Shown in pieces: positions 40,471 through 52,007 of a DNA stretch of 64,000 nt. This DNA comes from Microbotryum violaceum (taxonomy: Eukaryota). How positions within the stretch are numbered: position 1 is the first letter of the stretch; each line of letters starts with the position of its first letter. Below the pieces are notes generated by a model that saw only the letters and a list, made by a program, of their open reading frames with translations, did not search any database and was not told where the DNA came from. The stretch covers positions 1,178,001-1,242,000 of the forward strand of contig CDLV01000011.1 in assembly GCA_001244265.2 (NCBI GenBank), read 5' to 3'. The translations under genes and the position numbers were made by a program.

Positions 40471-42983
40471 CACGACGGGCAGGGTGGACAGGCGTGGGGG
40501 AGCTTGCGAGGCGTGTGCAGCGTTGATGAAGGTCCAGTGGGCGGCATGCGAGGTTTTGGTGGGCCAATCGGGGCATCTCAAGCAGGGCATACTTTCTCAT
40601 TGAATTTAATATCGCGGCTGAGGAAAAACAAGGTCGTGGCGGGGTCATACAATGTCCAGGCCTTGGACTTGTTGTTGAAGCCGACGAAAATGAACGGTTT
40701 GGCCTTGGGTTCGAGTTTTGACCGCTTGTGCTGAGGGGTGGTGTGCCAGGCGCGGCAGCTGAAGCCCTCAGGTTTGCCGTATTGATCGTTTGCTATACCA
40801 GATAGCGTCCGGGATCTTGTGTCCGAGTGCGCTGTGTGGGCTGAGGTTCTTTGTGTCAACGACGTACAGGAGGGCCTCTCGCCAGAGCTTCATGGGTAGT
40901 CCCGATTGCTGGAGGGTGATTGTTCCCTCGACGATGGTGCGATTCAGTCGTTCAGCTCGTCCGTTTTGCTCCGGGGTGTACGGGATCGTGAGTTGCCTGG
41001 TGATGCCGTGGGTGGAGCAGTAGTTGATAAAGGCTTTCGATGTGTACTCACCGCCATTGTCTGTTCGTAACGTGCGGAGTTGGAGTCCTGTTGAGCGCTC
41101 GATCATGGCGTGCCAACTCTTGAAGGTTTCGAATACCTGACTTTTGTTCTTCAGCGCCTTGACCCACGTCTTCCGGGAGTAATCGTCGATGAAGGTGACA
41201 ACGTATCGTTCACCGTCGGAGGCGGGCTCGGGCAGAGTGAGTACATCGGAGTGGACCAGTTCGAGTGGTTGCGAAGCGCGGGAGGTCGACGTTGGGAAGG
41301 GCGTCCTCGTTGCTTTTGCGGGTTTACAGGTGTCGCAGGCGAAGGTGTTGCATTCGGCGGCTGAGTACGTCCATGTCTGACCTTGGAGTTGACCCGACGA
41401 GACTGCCCTTTGCAGGTTTGGGAGGGACAGGTGGCCGACTCGTTGATGCAGAGTCAGGAGAGGGATGGTGGCGGCTGCGACGGGTGACAGTGTGCAGCGG
41501 ATTGGGGTGGCATCCAGTATCGACAGCTGGTTTGGTATGCAATGCCACACCGATGATTCGGCCTTGTGTTCGAAGCTCGATGGTCTTGCCGAAGTGGGTG
41601 TAAACGCGCTCGCGTCGCAGCTGCATGACGGAGATCAGGTTTGAGGGAAGGTTGGGGATGTAGTAGACGTTGCAGAGCTTGATCAGTTGACGTTTCGATG
41701 TTCGTATGGTGATCGAGCCGGTCCCTTGTGCCATGAGTGATCCGCCAGCGCCATCGACGGGGACGTGTGAGTGGGTGTGCCATATGTCGAAAAGAGACGC
41801 ATCCTTGACCATGTGGTGGGAGGCGCCCGAGTCGAGTACCAGGGTGTCATTCGGGAGGTGGAGTGCCCGATTTGAGTTCAAATGACCGAGTAGGGCGACG
41901 ATGCTCACGCTGGGCCGGACTGTCACGCTCACAGTCGGTTCCAGGTGCGACGTGTCAAGTTGCGTCATGGTGCGGTAACGGCTGGTCGCGTGGGCGAGGG
42001 CGGTGGCAAAGGTGTGGTACAGGACGATGATGGTGACGAGGACAAACATGATGGTTGCAAGTGACGGTGATGGTGTTGGCATCGTTGTATCGTTGTAGCA
42101 GCGTGAGCTCGGGCTCATAACCTGTAGACTCGTACTCCTCGAGGGAGGCTGGATCGACAACCAGTAAGTACACGAGACAGAGTACGAGTTGTAAGGGAGT
42201 AGTTTGGAGCGTTAGGGGGAAGACTAAAGAGGCGCGCAGTGCGAGTGTGCGAAATATCTCTAGTCGTTTGTACGGGCATGGTGGATCATGAGGGCGGTAG
42301 CGACGTCATGGACTGGCGTTGTGGACCGAAGGTGAGACCGGTGAGGCGCGGCTGGCTGATTCACGTCGGCGCGAAGAACCGTCCCTCTGGGTCCGTGCGC
42401 GAGCCAGCTCCCAAGTCGAAAATAACGACTTCTTACCGCTGTAGCTCAATGAATAGGCTTTGCAAGAGTCTTGCCTATGAATAGGCTTTGCGAGAGTCTT
42501 CCCTTGGGTAGATGCTCGAAGGAACAGCATAAGTATGCCTATTGAAACAGATTGTACAGGTTGATTTTATTTGCCATGCTACAGTACTTTTCTGGGCCAA
42601 ATTTCGATAGGCAACTCAGCCAAACGCGCCGATAAAGTACAAGCCCCTCCACAGAATGGAGGGTTTCGAGCTTAGGGGAAGACTAAAGAGGCGCGCAGTG
42701 GCGAGTGTGCGAAATATCTCTCAAGTCCAAAAGAGACGTCCGAGCGGCGCGCGGCTAGCTGGGCCCGGCGCGGATTGGAGATCGATCTAAGCAAGTGTAT
42801 GGAATTCAACACAAAACCGGGTAAAAAAAACTGACAAGAAGGCCAAAAAATTGCATGCGCCTCTGGCTGGGCTTTCTGGGCTCCTGCGCCGACGCGAAGG
42901 CGCGAGGCGAAAGGCGGACAAGCCCGTCAAACGGCGGCCCGAAGTCGAAGTGTTTCGAAGGCTTGGCAGAATGCAATTCAACA
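40471..42983 (-). mobile_element. Copia family D 5' part: LTR region, PBS, protease, integrase; no recognisable Gag
   Basis: PBS GGTTATGAGCCC at 42111-42122 directly after ...TACA; LVLDSGASHHMV; LHQRVGHL...[13 protein letters not shown]. The outer LTR boundary is uncertain (42811 or 42983). Confidence 0.85.
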
Positions 42984-44548
42984 AGTTAAGCGTTGAACGT
43001 TGAGCTTAGACCGCGCGCGCCAAAAACCTCGATCCTCAGCGGGTTTCACTCTGAGGTTGGTCGCCCAATATATACCAGGGTAGCCAGGACTCCCCATCCC
43101 GGGGCCGTCAATGGGCCGGGACAGCAGTGTGCGTAGTCCAACTACGAGACTGTTGCGATGGGTCCAAGCCTCTAAAATTAGTTCCCAAGTGCCATGTGAT
43201 GCGACTTCGAATATATATATATTCGTCTTGTCAGAGTCTCGATGGCCTCGAGGGCCTCCGAGCTGAGTCTGCCGCCCTGCGCCAGGTGCTTCATGGTCAC
43301 GTGCAACCCGTGATCAAAGTCTGTTCTATCTGTTGAAGTCGCGACCACCGGCCAGTCGGGCGCCAAACCGTGCCTGTTCGTCTCCTTCCACATCCCGAGC
43401 GGCAGCCGTACATCGACCTAGATCTTCCGACACGATGACTCGCCGTTTCATCCCTGAACAGTTCAGACCACGCAAGCTGAGGCCGCAGGACCTAAATGAT
43501 CACCCCAGCGCGTCGTGTGCTCTAAACCTGCCCCAAGGTCAAGGTCTACGATCCCTATGGTGGAATGGACACCGTTTTGATAGACCAAGACCCACCGTAT
43601 CATCAGCTTTATCATCATCGACGTCGAATTTGGTACAGACTCCCACTCCCCTAGTCCCACTCTTACCGGACCCGGCATCCGCATTCGCCGCCGCTGCGTT
43701 CGAGTATAGCGACGACTTTGGGGCAGGCGAGGATGACGGTGCCGGAGAACGCTCAGATCTCGACGACAGAGCCATGCACGAAGGTGATGGTGGTTAGAAC
43801 AAAAATTTCGCCAACGCACACTTCCTCCTATCCTCGAACCTTGCCGACTGGACGCCTACGATTCACGCAACATGTCTCAGATGACGCTGGACCGCCTCAG
43901 GAATGAGCTCCATCCCATCGTCACCCTCATTCATACGTTTGAAAGGGTGGACAGGACATACCTCGCTTTCCTTGTGCGCGAGGCGGCATTCAGCAAGCAC
44001 GCACGACCTCGACTCTGGGTGCAGTACATGTCGCATCTCAATCCGCGCATCATTGAGGTTGAGAACGGATTCAGGATCGCAGACCGCAATGGCACACATG
44101 GCCTTTCCATTCTGGTCCATAGTGATGGGAGCCAACGTTTTTGACCCCGAACTGTATGGAATCTAGAGTCCCTTAAAACTCCGTGCAATAGATGGTCAAA
44201 ATATCTTCAGCTCGTCATACTCCGTCTCGGATACTCCCAACTTTTTGTGTAATGCTTAGAATTCCAATACCAGAGCCAAGGGGAGGAAGGAGGGAAGAAG
44301 GTGAAGCAAGGGAGTGACTAATTCTACGAATACGAGCGTCTCGATGGAGAGGAAGGCACGTAGTGGAGGGAGTTGCAAAGGGATCGAGACACGTGTGTTG
44401 AGAAAGGGAGAAGGGAAATGAAGCAACAAGGGGGAGGGAGAGGAAAACCATCGAGTCAACCGCCCCACTTTCGATATTTTTGGGTTGTAATTCGCTCATT
44501 CTCTTTTTGCGTCAACCAAGCTTCGCAAGCAGACGATTGACGAACGAT

Positions 44549-46718
44549 CTACTTGTCCTCAGCAGCGGCGCTCTTTCTTACTCGCGTTCGTACGCCTTCC
44601 TTGGCCTCGGCCTTCTTGTCCTCGATGACCTGCGCCGCCTCATCAGCTTTCTCCTTGACGTCTTCCGTAACAGCGTCAGTCTTCTTCTTGAGGTCCTCGG
44701 CCTTGCTCTTGACGGCCTTCTTGGTCTCTTGAACGGTCGAAGAAGAGGGCAAGATCGAAGCGAAGACGACGGTCAAGAGACCCACGAGACCAGCGAAAGC
44801 TGCGACGATGCAGGCACCGACCAAAGGCATCGTCTTGAATGCTCCGACCGGGTCCTCGACGGCCTTGTCCATGAAGCGTTGCAAGTGGAATTGACCGAAG
44901 CCGATGGGGTCCTTGGTCAGGATGGGGCGGACGAAGCGTTCACCCGTCAAAGGGTCGACATCCTCCTTGTCCTCCTTGGGCGCCTCAGTCTCCTCAGCCG
45001 CAGTCTCGATGGGGACCTTGACCTTGAACGTCTCGGCGGCGAATTGTTCGGCGAGAGCCTCAGAGTCACCAATGTAGATGTTGTCGAAGAGGATGTCGTC
45101 GGTCATGGTCCACAACTCGAAGCCGATGCCAGACATGGGGCTGAAGTCGGAGGGGGTCTTGTCCTCAAAGTAAGCGGGGTTGGCGATCTTGCGAGGGGAC
45201 CAAGGCCCTTTGTAGAGCGGGTTGTCGATGAGGGGGGCGAACCACTTGCCCTTGTAGGCGGGGTTGGCGATCATCGGTCGCTTCCAGGGTCCACAGCCAC
45301 TCGCGGTGTCGCACTTGGGGTTAGGGATCTTCGGGGCGTCCCAGTCACCATCGTCCTCGGTGCTCCATTCCTCGGGTTGCTCGGCATCGGGGTCAGGGAT
45401 CTGAGCCGCCTCGTCCTCGTACCAATCATCGGGCTTGGTCGCATCGGCGTCCTCGATCGTCTCGGGGGCGTCCTCATCCCAGTCGTCGGGCTTGGTCGCA
45501 GATGGGTCCGAGATCTTGGGCGAGTCAACCCAGTCCTCGGGCTTGACATCGGACTCGTCGTCAATCTCCTTGGGTGGGTTCACCGAGGGGGAGAAGTCAT
45601 CAATAAGGGTCGCGTTCTTGGACGACTCGCCGTTGATCTTGATCTCTACCGATTGGTCCGGCCGGACGATGAGCGTGTACAGATTCGTAGTCCTGGAGAT
45701 GATAGGCGTAGGAGGTGCGGTGAGGTGCTTCTCTTCGATCTCGCCCGTGACGGGGTTCTTGTGTCGGAAAATAAAGTGCACTTTGGAGGTCGAACCGCAC
45801 TTGTCAGGGCCGAACATGATCGTGTCTGGGTTAAGATAAGAGTGAGGTTAGTGACGTGTGCTCAAGAGGTGCCAGAGTTCAAGACCTGAAACTCACAAGG
45901 TGTTGCGTCAGAGAATTCCTCGGCTTGGATGCCCTGTGAGACAAAATCAGAGCTCGAGGTAAGCACGGGTGGGAGTGCGTGAAATTGTTTCACTACGGAC
46001 CTGGGCGGAATCACTGAGCAGTTTGAGGTAGGCGCCACCGCAGTCGAGCCCGTTCTGGAGCTTGACCTCGTACTGTACAACGAGCGTTTTACCCTTGGGG
46101 TCGAGCGGCTTGTCAAAAAGGGCCGAGATACCGTGGTGGGCCTGGAGGTCTCAGATGCGCGGGTGAAAGGAGGTCAGTGCCTTAGGGGGAAGAGGCGCGT
46201 ACGGGGGATGGAGGTGACGACGGACGGTGAATCTCCCGTCCCGTCAGCTCCAAAGAAAGGGAGAAAAAGGACTGACCGCCTTGGACTTCATGACGAGCCC
46301 TTCGTCGCCCGAGATACCGGGGTAGACAGTCGGCGCCTCGACCTTCCATTCGCCAACGTAGGAGAAGACCTCGGCGTCCTTGTCCGTGTTCTGCTTGGTC
46401 GCCTTTGAGGGGCTCCATCGCTGGGTCCAGCTCGAGGTGAACTGTTCTACAAAGTGGCCACTGATCGTCGAGGGCTGTAGCGAGGGGTTGGCACGAGTGG
46501 GAGACAAAAAGGTGGGTCGAGTATTGCGCGATGCGATAGAACACCGGGCGAGGTCGAGACAGGGTCGAGAGGGATGTCGCAGGCCACGTTGTCAGTTTTG
46601 GACACGTCAGACGTAGGCGGCGCGCTGAGAGGTGACTGACCTCAAAAGTGACGGGTCCAGAAGCCAAGACCGAAGAGGCCGAGGTGGCGAGTACAAGCCA
46701 GGTGGTGGTGAACCTCAT
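44549..46718 (-). CDS. CNE1: Calnexin (5 exons predicted)
   Basis: Signal peptide [58 protein letters not shown]-domain repeats; GIGFELW; C-terminal TM helix. Exons approx. 46718-46641, 46474-46277, 46141-46001, 45933-45897 and 45826-44549. Confidence 0.96.
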
Positions 46719-47276
46719 CTTGCGCAAACGATGGTATCGCAACGATCTCGAGATACGTGCAGGGTAGGGGAGCAGCAGGGAGGAGGGAGAAGAGCGAGCG
46801 AGCGGCGCGTCCCCGTCAACAGTCAGCCCAGCCCTGCCTGCCAAATTCCAAATTCCAAATTAGCCAAAAGGGCGCCGGGGGCTACCGGGGGCGCGTTTCA
46901 GCCCCCCGCCAGTCGGCGCAGTCCCACAAAGCAGGCACGGGCCACGGGCGAAGTGTTCCGCGACATTCGATTGACGCTGAACGACGGTCCACCGCGCTCG
47001 TCTGGATCCTATTCACAGTGTTTTAGCCACCTGCCCTACGGCACCGAGCTCGTTCAAACCAGAAGTTTCTGACCACCTGCTCCTCCTCACCGCCCGAGTC
47101 GCAGCAACACTTGTACACACCCCATTCGCGGCGCCACTCTCCCGCTCCGTCGACTCGGACTCGGCGCACCCCCCACCTGCAGCCTCAGCAGGCTCAGGAA
47201 GCCCGCGTTGCATCGTTCGCAGCAACCGTCTCAGCAGCAACCGCTTCGATACTCGCCGTCGCAGCACCGTACGACC

Positions 47277-48675
47277 ATGTTCTCCACCATCTTTGGCAGT
47301 CGAACTACTGAACCATCACCATCACCCGCGACCGATGCTCGCTACGACGAGCCGCCGTCACTGTCGGCCAGTACAGCACCCCGAACGGTGGCACGTCGCG
47401 GTCACGCGGCCAGGTACATCACCGCGGACGAGGCCAAGCAGATCGACGCCGAGTTGATGGGACCCCATGGCGCATTCTCACTCGATCAGGTGCATCTTGT
47501 AGCTCCTTGTAGTCAAGTCGTCCAACTGATTTTTCCACCCTATCATTTCTCAGCTGATGGAACTCGCTGGCTTGTCGATAGCCCAATGCGTCAGCGAACT
47601 GTACCCGCTCGGACCTCCCCTCCCCCTAGATGCGAACGGCATCAAGCAAAAGCGTACCAATGAGCGCGTTCTCCTCTGTTGTGGACCCGGAAACCAAGGT
47701 GGTGATGGTCTTGTCGCTGCCAGGCATCTCAGTCAGTCATCGCGTCAAAGCTGCGCTGCGAGCTCGGCTCCGAGCTTTGACTGAGCTGGGTTGTCGTACC
47801 TTCTCTTGGACCTTGGACGCGCAGCTCAATTCGGATACGCTGCCAGCATCTTCTACCCCAAGGTTAGCCCAAGTAGCTCATCTGCTGTCACTGCTACGAG
47901 AATAAGCCTAATTTGTCAGCTACTCTTGATACGTCTAGGAGAGCAAGGGCGAAATTTTCAAGGTGGGCTTTGCCGAGTGCTACCGAAGCGAGTACCCAAG
48001 TACAAGCAGCTCACGTGCTCCCAAGATTTGATCTTGCAGCGTCTCAAGAAGCAATGCGAGAACCTCGAGTTGCCCTTGATCGCACCCGCGCCCCTCGCGA
48101 GCTCGTCTTTCCCCATGGCCCCTGATGCTCAAGCCAACGCCTTCAAGCGCGCTCTGACTCAAGCCGACGTCGTGGTCGACTGTGTCTTTGGGTTCTCGTT
48201 CCATGGCCCACCTCGTGCGCCTTTCGACTTTGTGCTCAAGGCGTTCAAGGCGACCGATCGACCGATCCTCAGTGTCGACATTCCGAGTGGATGGGACGTC
48301 GAGAAGGGCAATGTTGACGGTGAAGGCTTTACAGCAGGTAGGCGTAACGAAATTATTCTTGTTGTTCCATCTCTCTGATCCTCCCTCGTCTGTCCTCCCG
48401 GACCCCCAACAGACGCGTTGATATCACTGACGGCACCCAAGCTCGGTGTGAAAGAGTACGCCGAGGAAGGTCGCACGCACTGGCTAGGAGGCCGCTTCGT
48501 CCCCTTGTGAGTGCCCAAGGCATAATGCATATGCTAACAACATGGAGTTGAATGGGCTTTCCCGATTTTTGGTGTCGCCCACAGTGCGATGGTCAAGGAG
48601 AGGGGACTCAATCTGCCGAGTTTTCCGGGATCGATGCAGTGCGTCGATATTACGATGAGTGCGCCGGAGCAGTAA
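47277..48675 (+). CDS. NNR1: NAD(P)H-hydrate epimerase (YjeF_N family), multi-exon
   Basis: [57 protein letters not shown] and HWLGGRFVP across GT-AG introns. Confidence 0.92.
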
Positions 48676-48899
48676 GCAGGATCGGAGGTTGAATGTTGTA
48701 GCTTGTGCAATTTGTATCTGTCATATAAGTCGCGCATATATTCATTGGTCCTTAAAATAGGGTGCCAATTCGTCCGGCGACACACCCCGTCACCTGGCAG
48801 CGGCTAAAATTCGCTCGAGGCGTGGCGACTCGAAACTCGAGAGGGTTGGCCATCGTCCGTTCTGCCTCGATCGACGGCATCGTGGCGGCGCGATATCCA

Positions 48900-50628
48900 A
48901 TGCCTCTGATCCGAGGTGGAGCGTCGACAAGACGGACCTCGACCCGATTGAGACATGCTCAAAGTAATGTCCTCCTTCCCCCCGGTGTGATCGGTTCACG
49001 AAATGGGATCGACTTCGCAATCGGTGCCTACGCCTCTAGCTCCCGTTCGGAAGCTCCGCACCTGTCGCTCCCCTGTCGATCACCCCGAAGGACATTATCG
49101 ACCAGTTCGAGCCATTCAGCATGGTTACCCCAACTCCCTTTCAGCTCATCCTCGTCGTCCAAATCGGCGTCGGCGTCGATCCTCGCTTCGAACCCGATCG
49201 CCGATCCGTTGACGTTGCTCTCGCGGGAGCTCGGCGCCTTACGCTCCAACGTGCAATCCCTCCTCGGATCAGGCCATCCTTCGCTCGACACGATCGCAAA
49301 ATACTATTTCCAAGCCGAGGGCAAACACGTCCGACCGATGGTTGTCTTGTTGATGAGTCAGGCGACGAACGGTCTGGCTCCCGGATGGGAAGGACGGAGG
49401 GAACAGGCCTGGTTACGCGAGGAGAAGAACGTCGATGATGCTTTGGAACGACGCGACGTTCTCAATGATGATAACCCCGACTTGTTTCAAGCTGCCAAAT
49501 CCTTCTTTTCCGATCCCCTCGCCGCTTTCAAAGGAGGGCAAGCTTTGGGCAAATCGACGACGAGGACTTCGGCCGGCTTGGATCCGACGAATGGTGGATC
49601 GAGTTTGCTGCTTCTTCCCTCTCAACGGAGATTGGCCGAAATCACCGAAATGATTCACGTCGCTTCCCTCTTACACGACGACGTCATCGACCTAGCCACG
49701 ACGCGTCGAGGAGCCCCATCTGCGCCTTCGCTCTTTGGCAACAAATTGTCCGTGCTCGCGGGGGACTTTCTCCTCGCTCGAGCATCGTTGGCACTTTCAC
49801 GTTTGGGCTCGAACGAAGTCGTCGAATTGGTCGCTTCCGTTTTGGCCAACTTGGTTGAAGGTGAAGTGATGCAAATGAAAGGCAACGTACCCCCTCACGT
49901 CACCAAATCCTCGACGCTATTCTCCTCCTCCACACCAACACCTAACAAACTCGCGCCCGAAATTTTCGAACATTATATGAAAAAGACGTACCTCAAAACG
50001 GCCAGTTTGATTGCGAAATCGACCAGGGCGACGACGGTATTGGCGGGGTGTGGAGTTGGTCAGGGTTGGACACCGGGGGAAAGGATCAAGGACATTGCGT
50101 ATATCTATGGCAGGAATCTAGGAATTGCTTTTCAGGTACGTACGAAAGGTTTTTACGCGGCACTTTTGAGGATTAATTGATCCTCAACCTCCTACCCTAT
50201 TCACGCACAGTTAACGGATGACATGTTGGACTTCACCTCCTCCGCTGCTGAATTGGGCAAACTAGGGGGAGGGGCCGATTTGAAGTTGGGTTTGGCGACC
50301 GCTCCAGCGCTTTATGCATGGGAGGAGTTCCCAGATTTGGGCTCGATGATTGAACGTAAATTTTCCGAGAGGGATGATGTGGAGCGGGTACGTAGGGGAG
50401 GCGACTCTTGGGAGGGGCTTTCGGTGCGTTGCTTACACCCTCTTTGTCATTGGGTTTGCCCACCAGGCCATCGATATGATCTCCCGTTCCTCCGGTGCTG
50501 AGCGGACGTTCGAATTGGCGCAACGACATAGTCAAGTCGCGGTTGATGCGTTGAAAGGTTTACCTGAAAGTGCGGCAAGGGACGAGTTGGAGAGGATCGC
50601 GAGGGAGACGGTAAAGCGGAAGAAGTAG
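48900..50628 (+). CDS. COQ1: Trans-polyprenyl (hexa/decaprenyl) diphosphate synthase; start codon uncertain
   Basis: GKHVRP, EMIHVASLLHDDVID...RRG (first Asp-rich motif), GDFLL, KTASL, GIAFQ|LTDDMLDF (second Asp-rich motif); two introns near 50136-50210 and 50388-50466. Confidence 0.93.
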
Positions 50629-50916
50629 AGGACTCTTTGATTAGATTTCCTAAAGGGGATTTGATACCTGGATTGGATTTATCTTTTCTAGACCTTGAAT
50701 ACTAGGAGACATATCAGTCCTTGGTAGAGAGACCCTATCCTATCGCATGTGGTTGTAGCTTCTCCTCTTGTTGAATCTTGGCACAAGATTCAACAAGTGA
50801 GCGCGATGCCCAACAGCCGTTTGATAGTTTTAGAATTACATGACACAAGGGGTATGCGAGTGATGCTTGCGGGCTGAACCAAATATGATAGAGTCTAGTT
50901 GGGGTTCTGAGAGCGT

Positions 50917-51595
50917 TTATGATTGTTGTTGGCGTTGAACTTCTTGGAGGAGATCTCGGAGGGAACTGAGGACGAGGGAGCAAACTTTCGAGGTCAGCGA
51001 GTGGTTACCTCGCGAGTGGTTGGGGATGCGATTGTACTGACGATTGTGAGGTGTTCATTTCGGATTCGAGGTACTGTGTGCGAGTCGGTAGGGGCGAATT
51101 CAGTGGACGAGATTACTCGAATGGGTCGAGTTGATGAGCGGACCTTGTGCTTCTTCTCGAGCACGTTGAGTTCGTCATCGACGTCTTTGGCTTTCCCCTT
51201 GAGCGTGTTTTCGATGTTGTTCCTTGATTCCTGTACGAACCTATTCGAAGTAACAGTAATGGGGTCATCCAGAAGCCTCGTCAGATTGACCGGACCCCAA
51301 AATGGGGCCTCAACCTTCCCCAGGTGACTCACATCCTCCCTACCCCCCTATAACACGTCACGGGCGGATCCCTAGGCAAGGCTTCAATCTCCCTCAAGGT
51401 CAGGGTCGTCATCTTGCGATCCCTCTCCCTCGCTTGAGCTTGGGTTCGCACGATTTGGATCTGACGCGACGCTTCTTGGTATTGCGATTGGAGTTGGAAC
51501 AGCGCCTGGTGGGATGGGAAGGGAGGGCTGAGTGAGCGCCATTGGGGATACGGGTTGGATGAGTAGGGGCTTACTTTGTTTAGGGATTCTTCCAT
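50917..51595 (-). CDS. PFD1: Prefoldin subunit 1 (beta-type), 5 short exons
   Basis: Spliced product MEESLNK-ALFQLQ...TLREIEALP...CYRGVGRM-FVQESR...LEKKHK-YLESEMNTSQS-SLRDLLQEVQRQQQS, a coiled coil with a YxxVGRMF hairpin. Confidence 0.85.
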
Positions 51596-52007
51596 GGTGG
51601 ATTGCGTGGGATAAGGGGGAGGTGAAGTCGCTGACAAGTGAGTGGAGTGAGTGGTCGCGAGTGGAGTCAAGAGCCTGAGAGCGACCCGATCGACCGAGCG
51701 AGAAGGAGCGACTAGGAGCGAGCCGAAGCTGAGCGAGCTGAGCTGAGCGAGCCAGAGCGAGCCAGGACCCCCGAAAGCCAGGCCTGAGGCCTGAGGCGCG
51801 TAGTGCCCGACTACACATGCAAGCGCGAAACTTACGGCTCCCGTAAGGCAATTTCGGCCTTAGGTTTTCCCTATGGGATATATGGGGCTCCGGTAAGGCA
51901 ATTCCCTAGGGCCGCCATAACGACTCGATTCCTCACTGCTGCCTTAAGGGACCCCTCTCACAGCCGTACGGGCCAGGCCGTAATGCCCCATCCGGGCTTC
52001 TGAATAC

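Noticed and set aside
44480-45889. 469-aa plus-strand ORF
   Set aside because: It is the antisense shadow of the calnexin exon, caused by codon bias. The same applies to the long antisense ORFs over copia RT regions.
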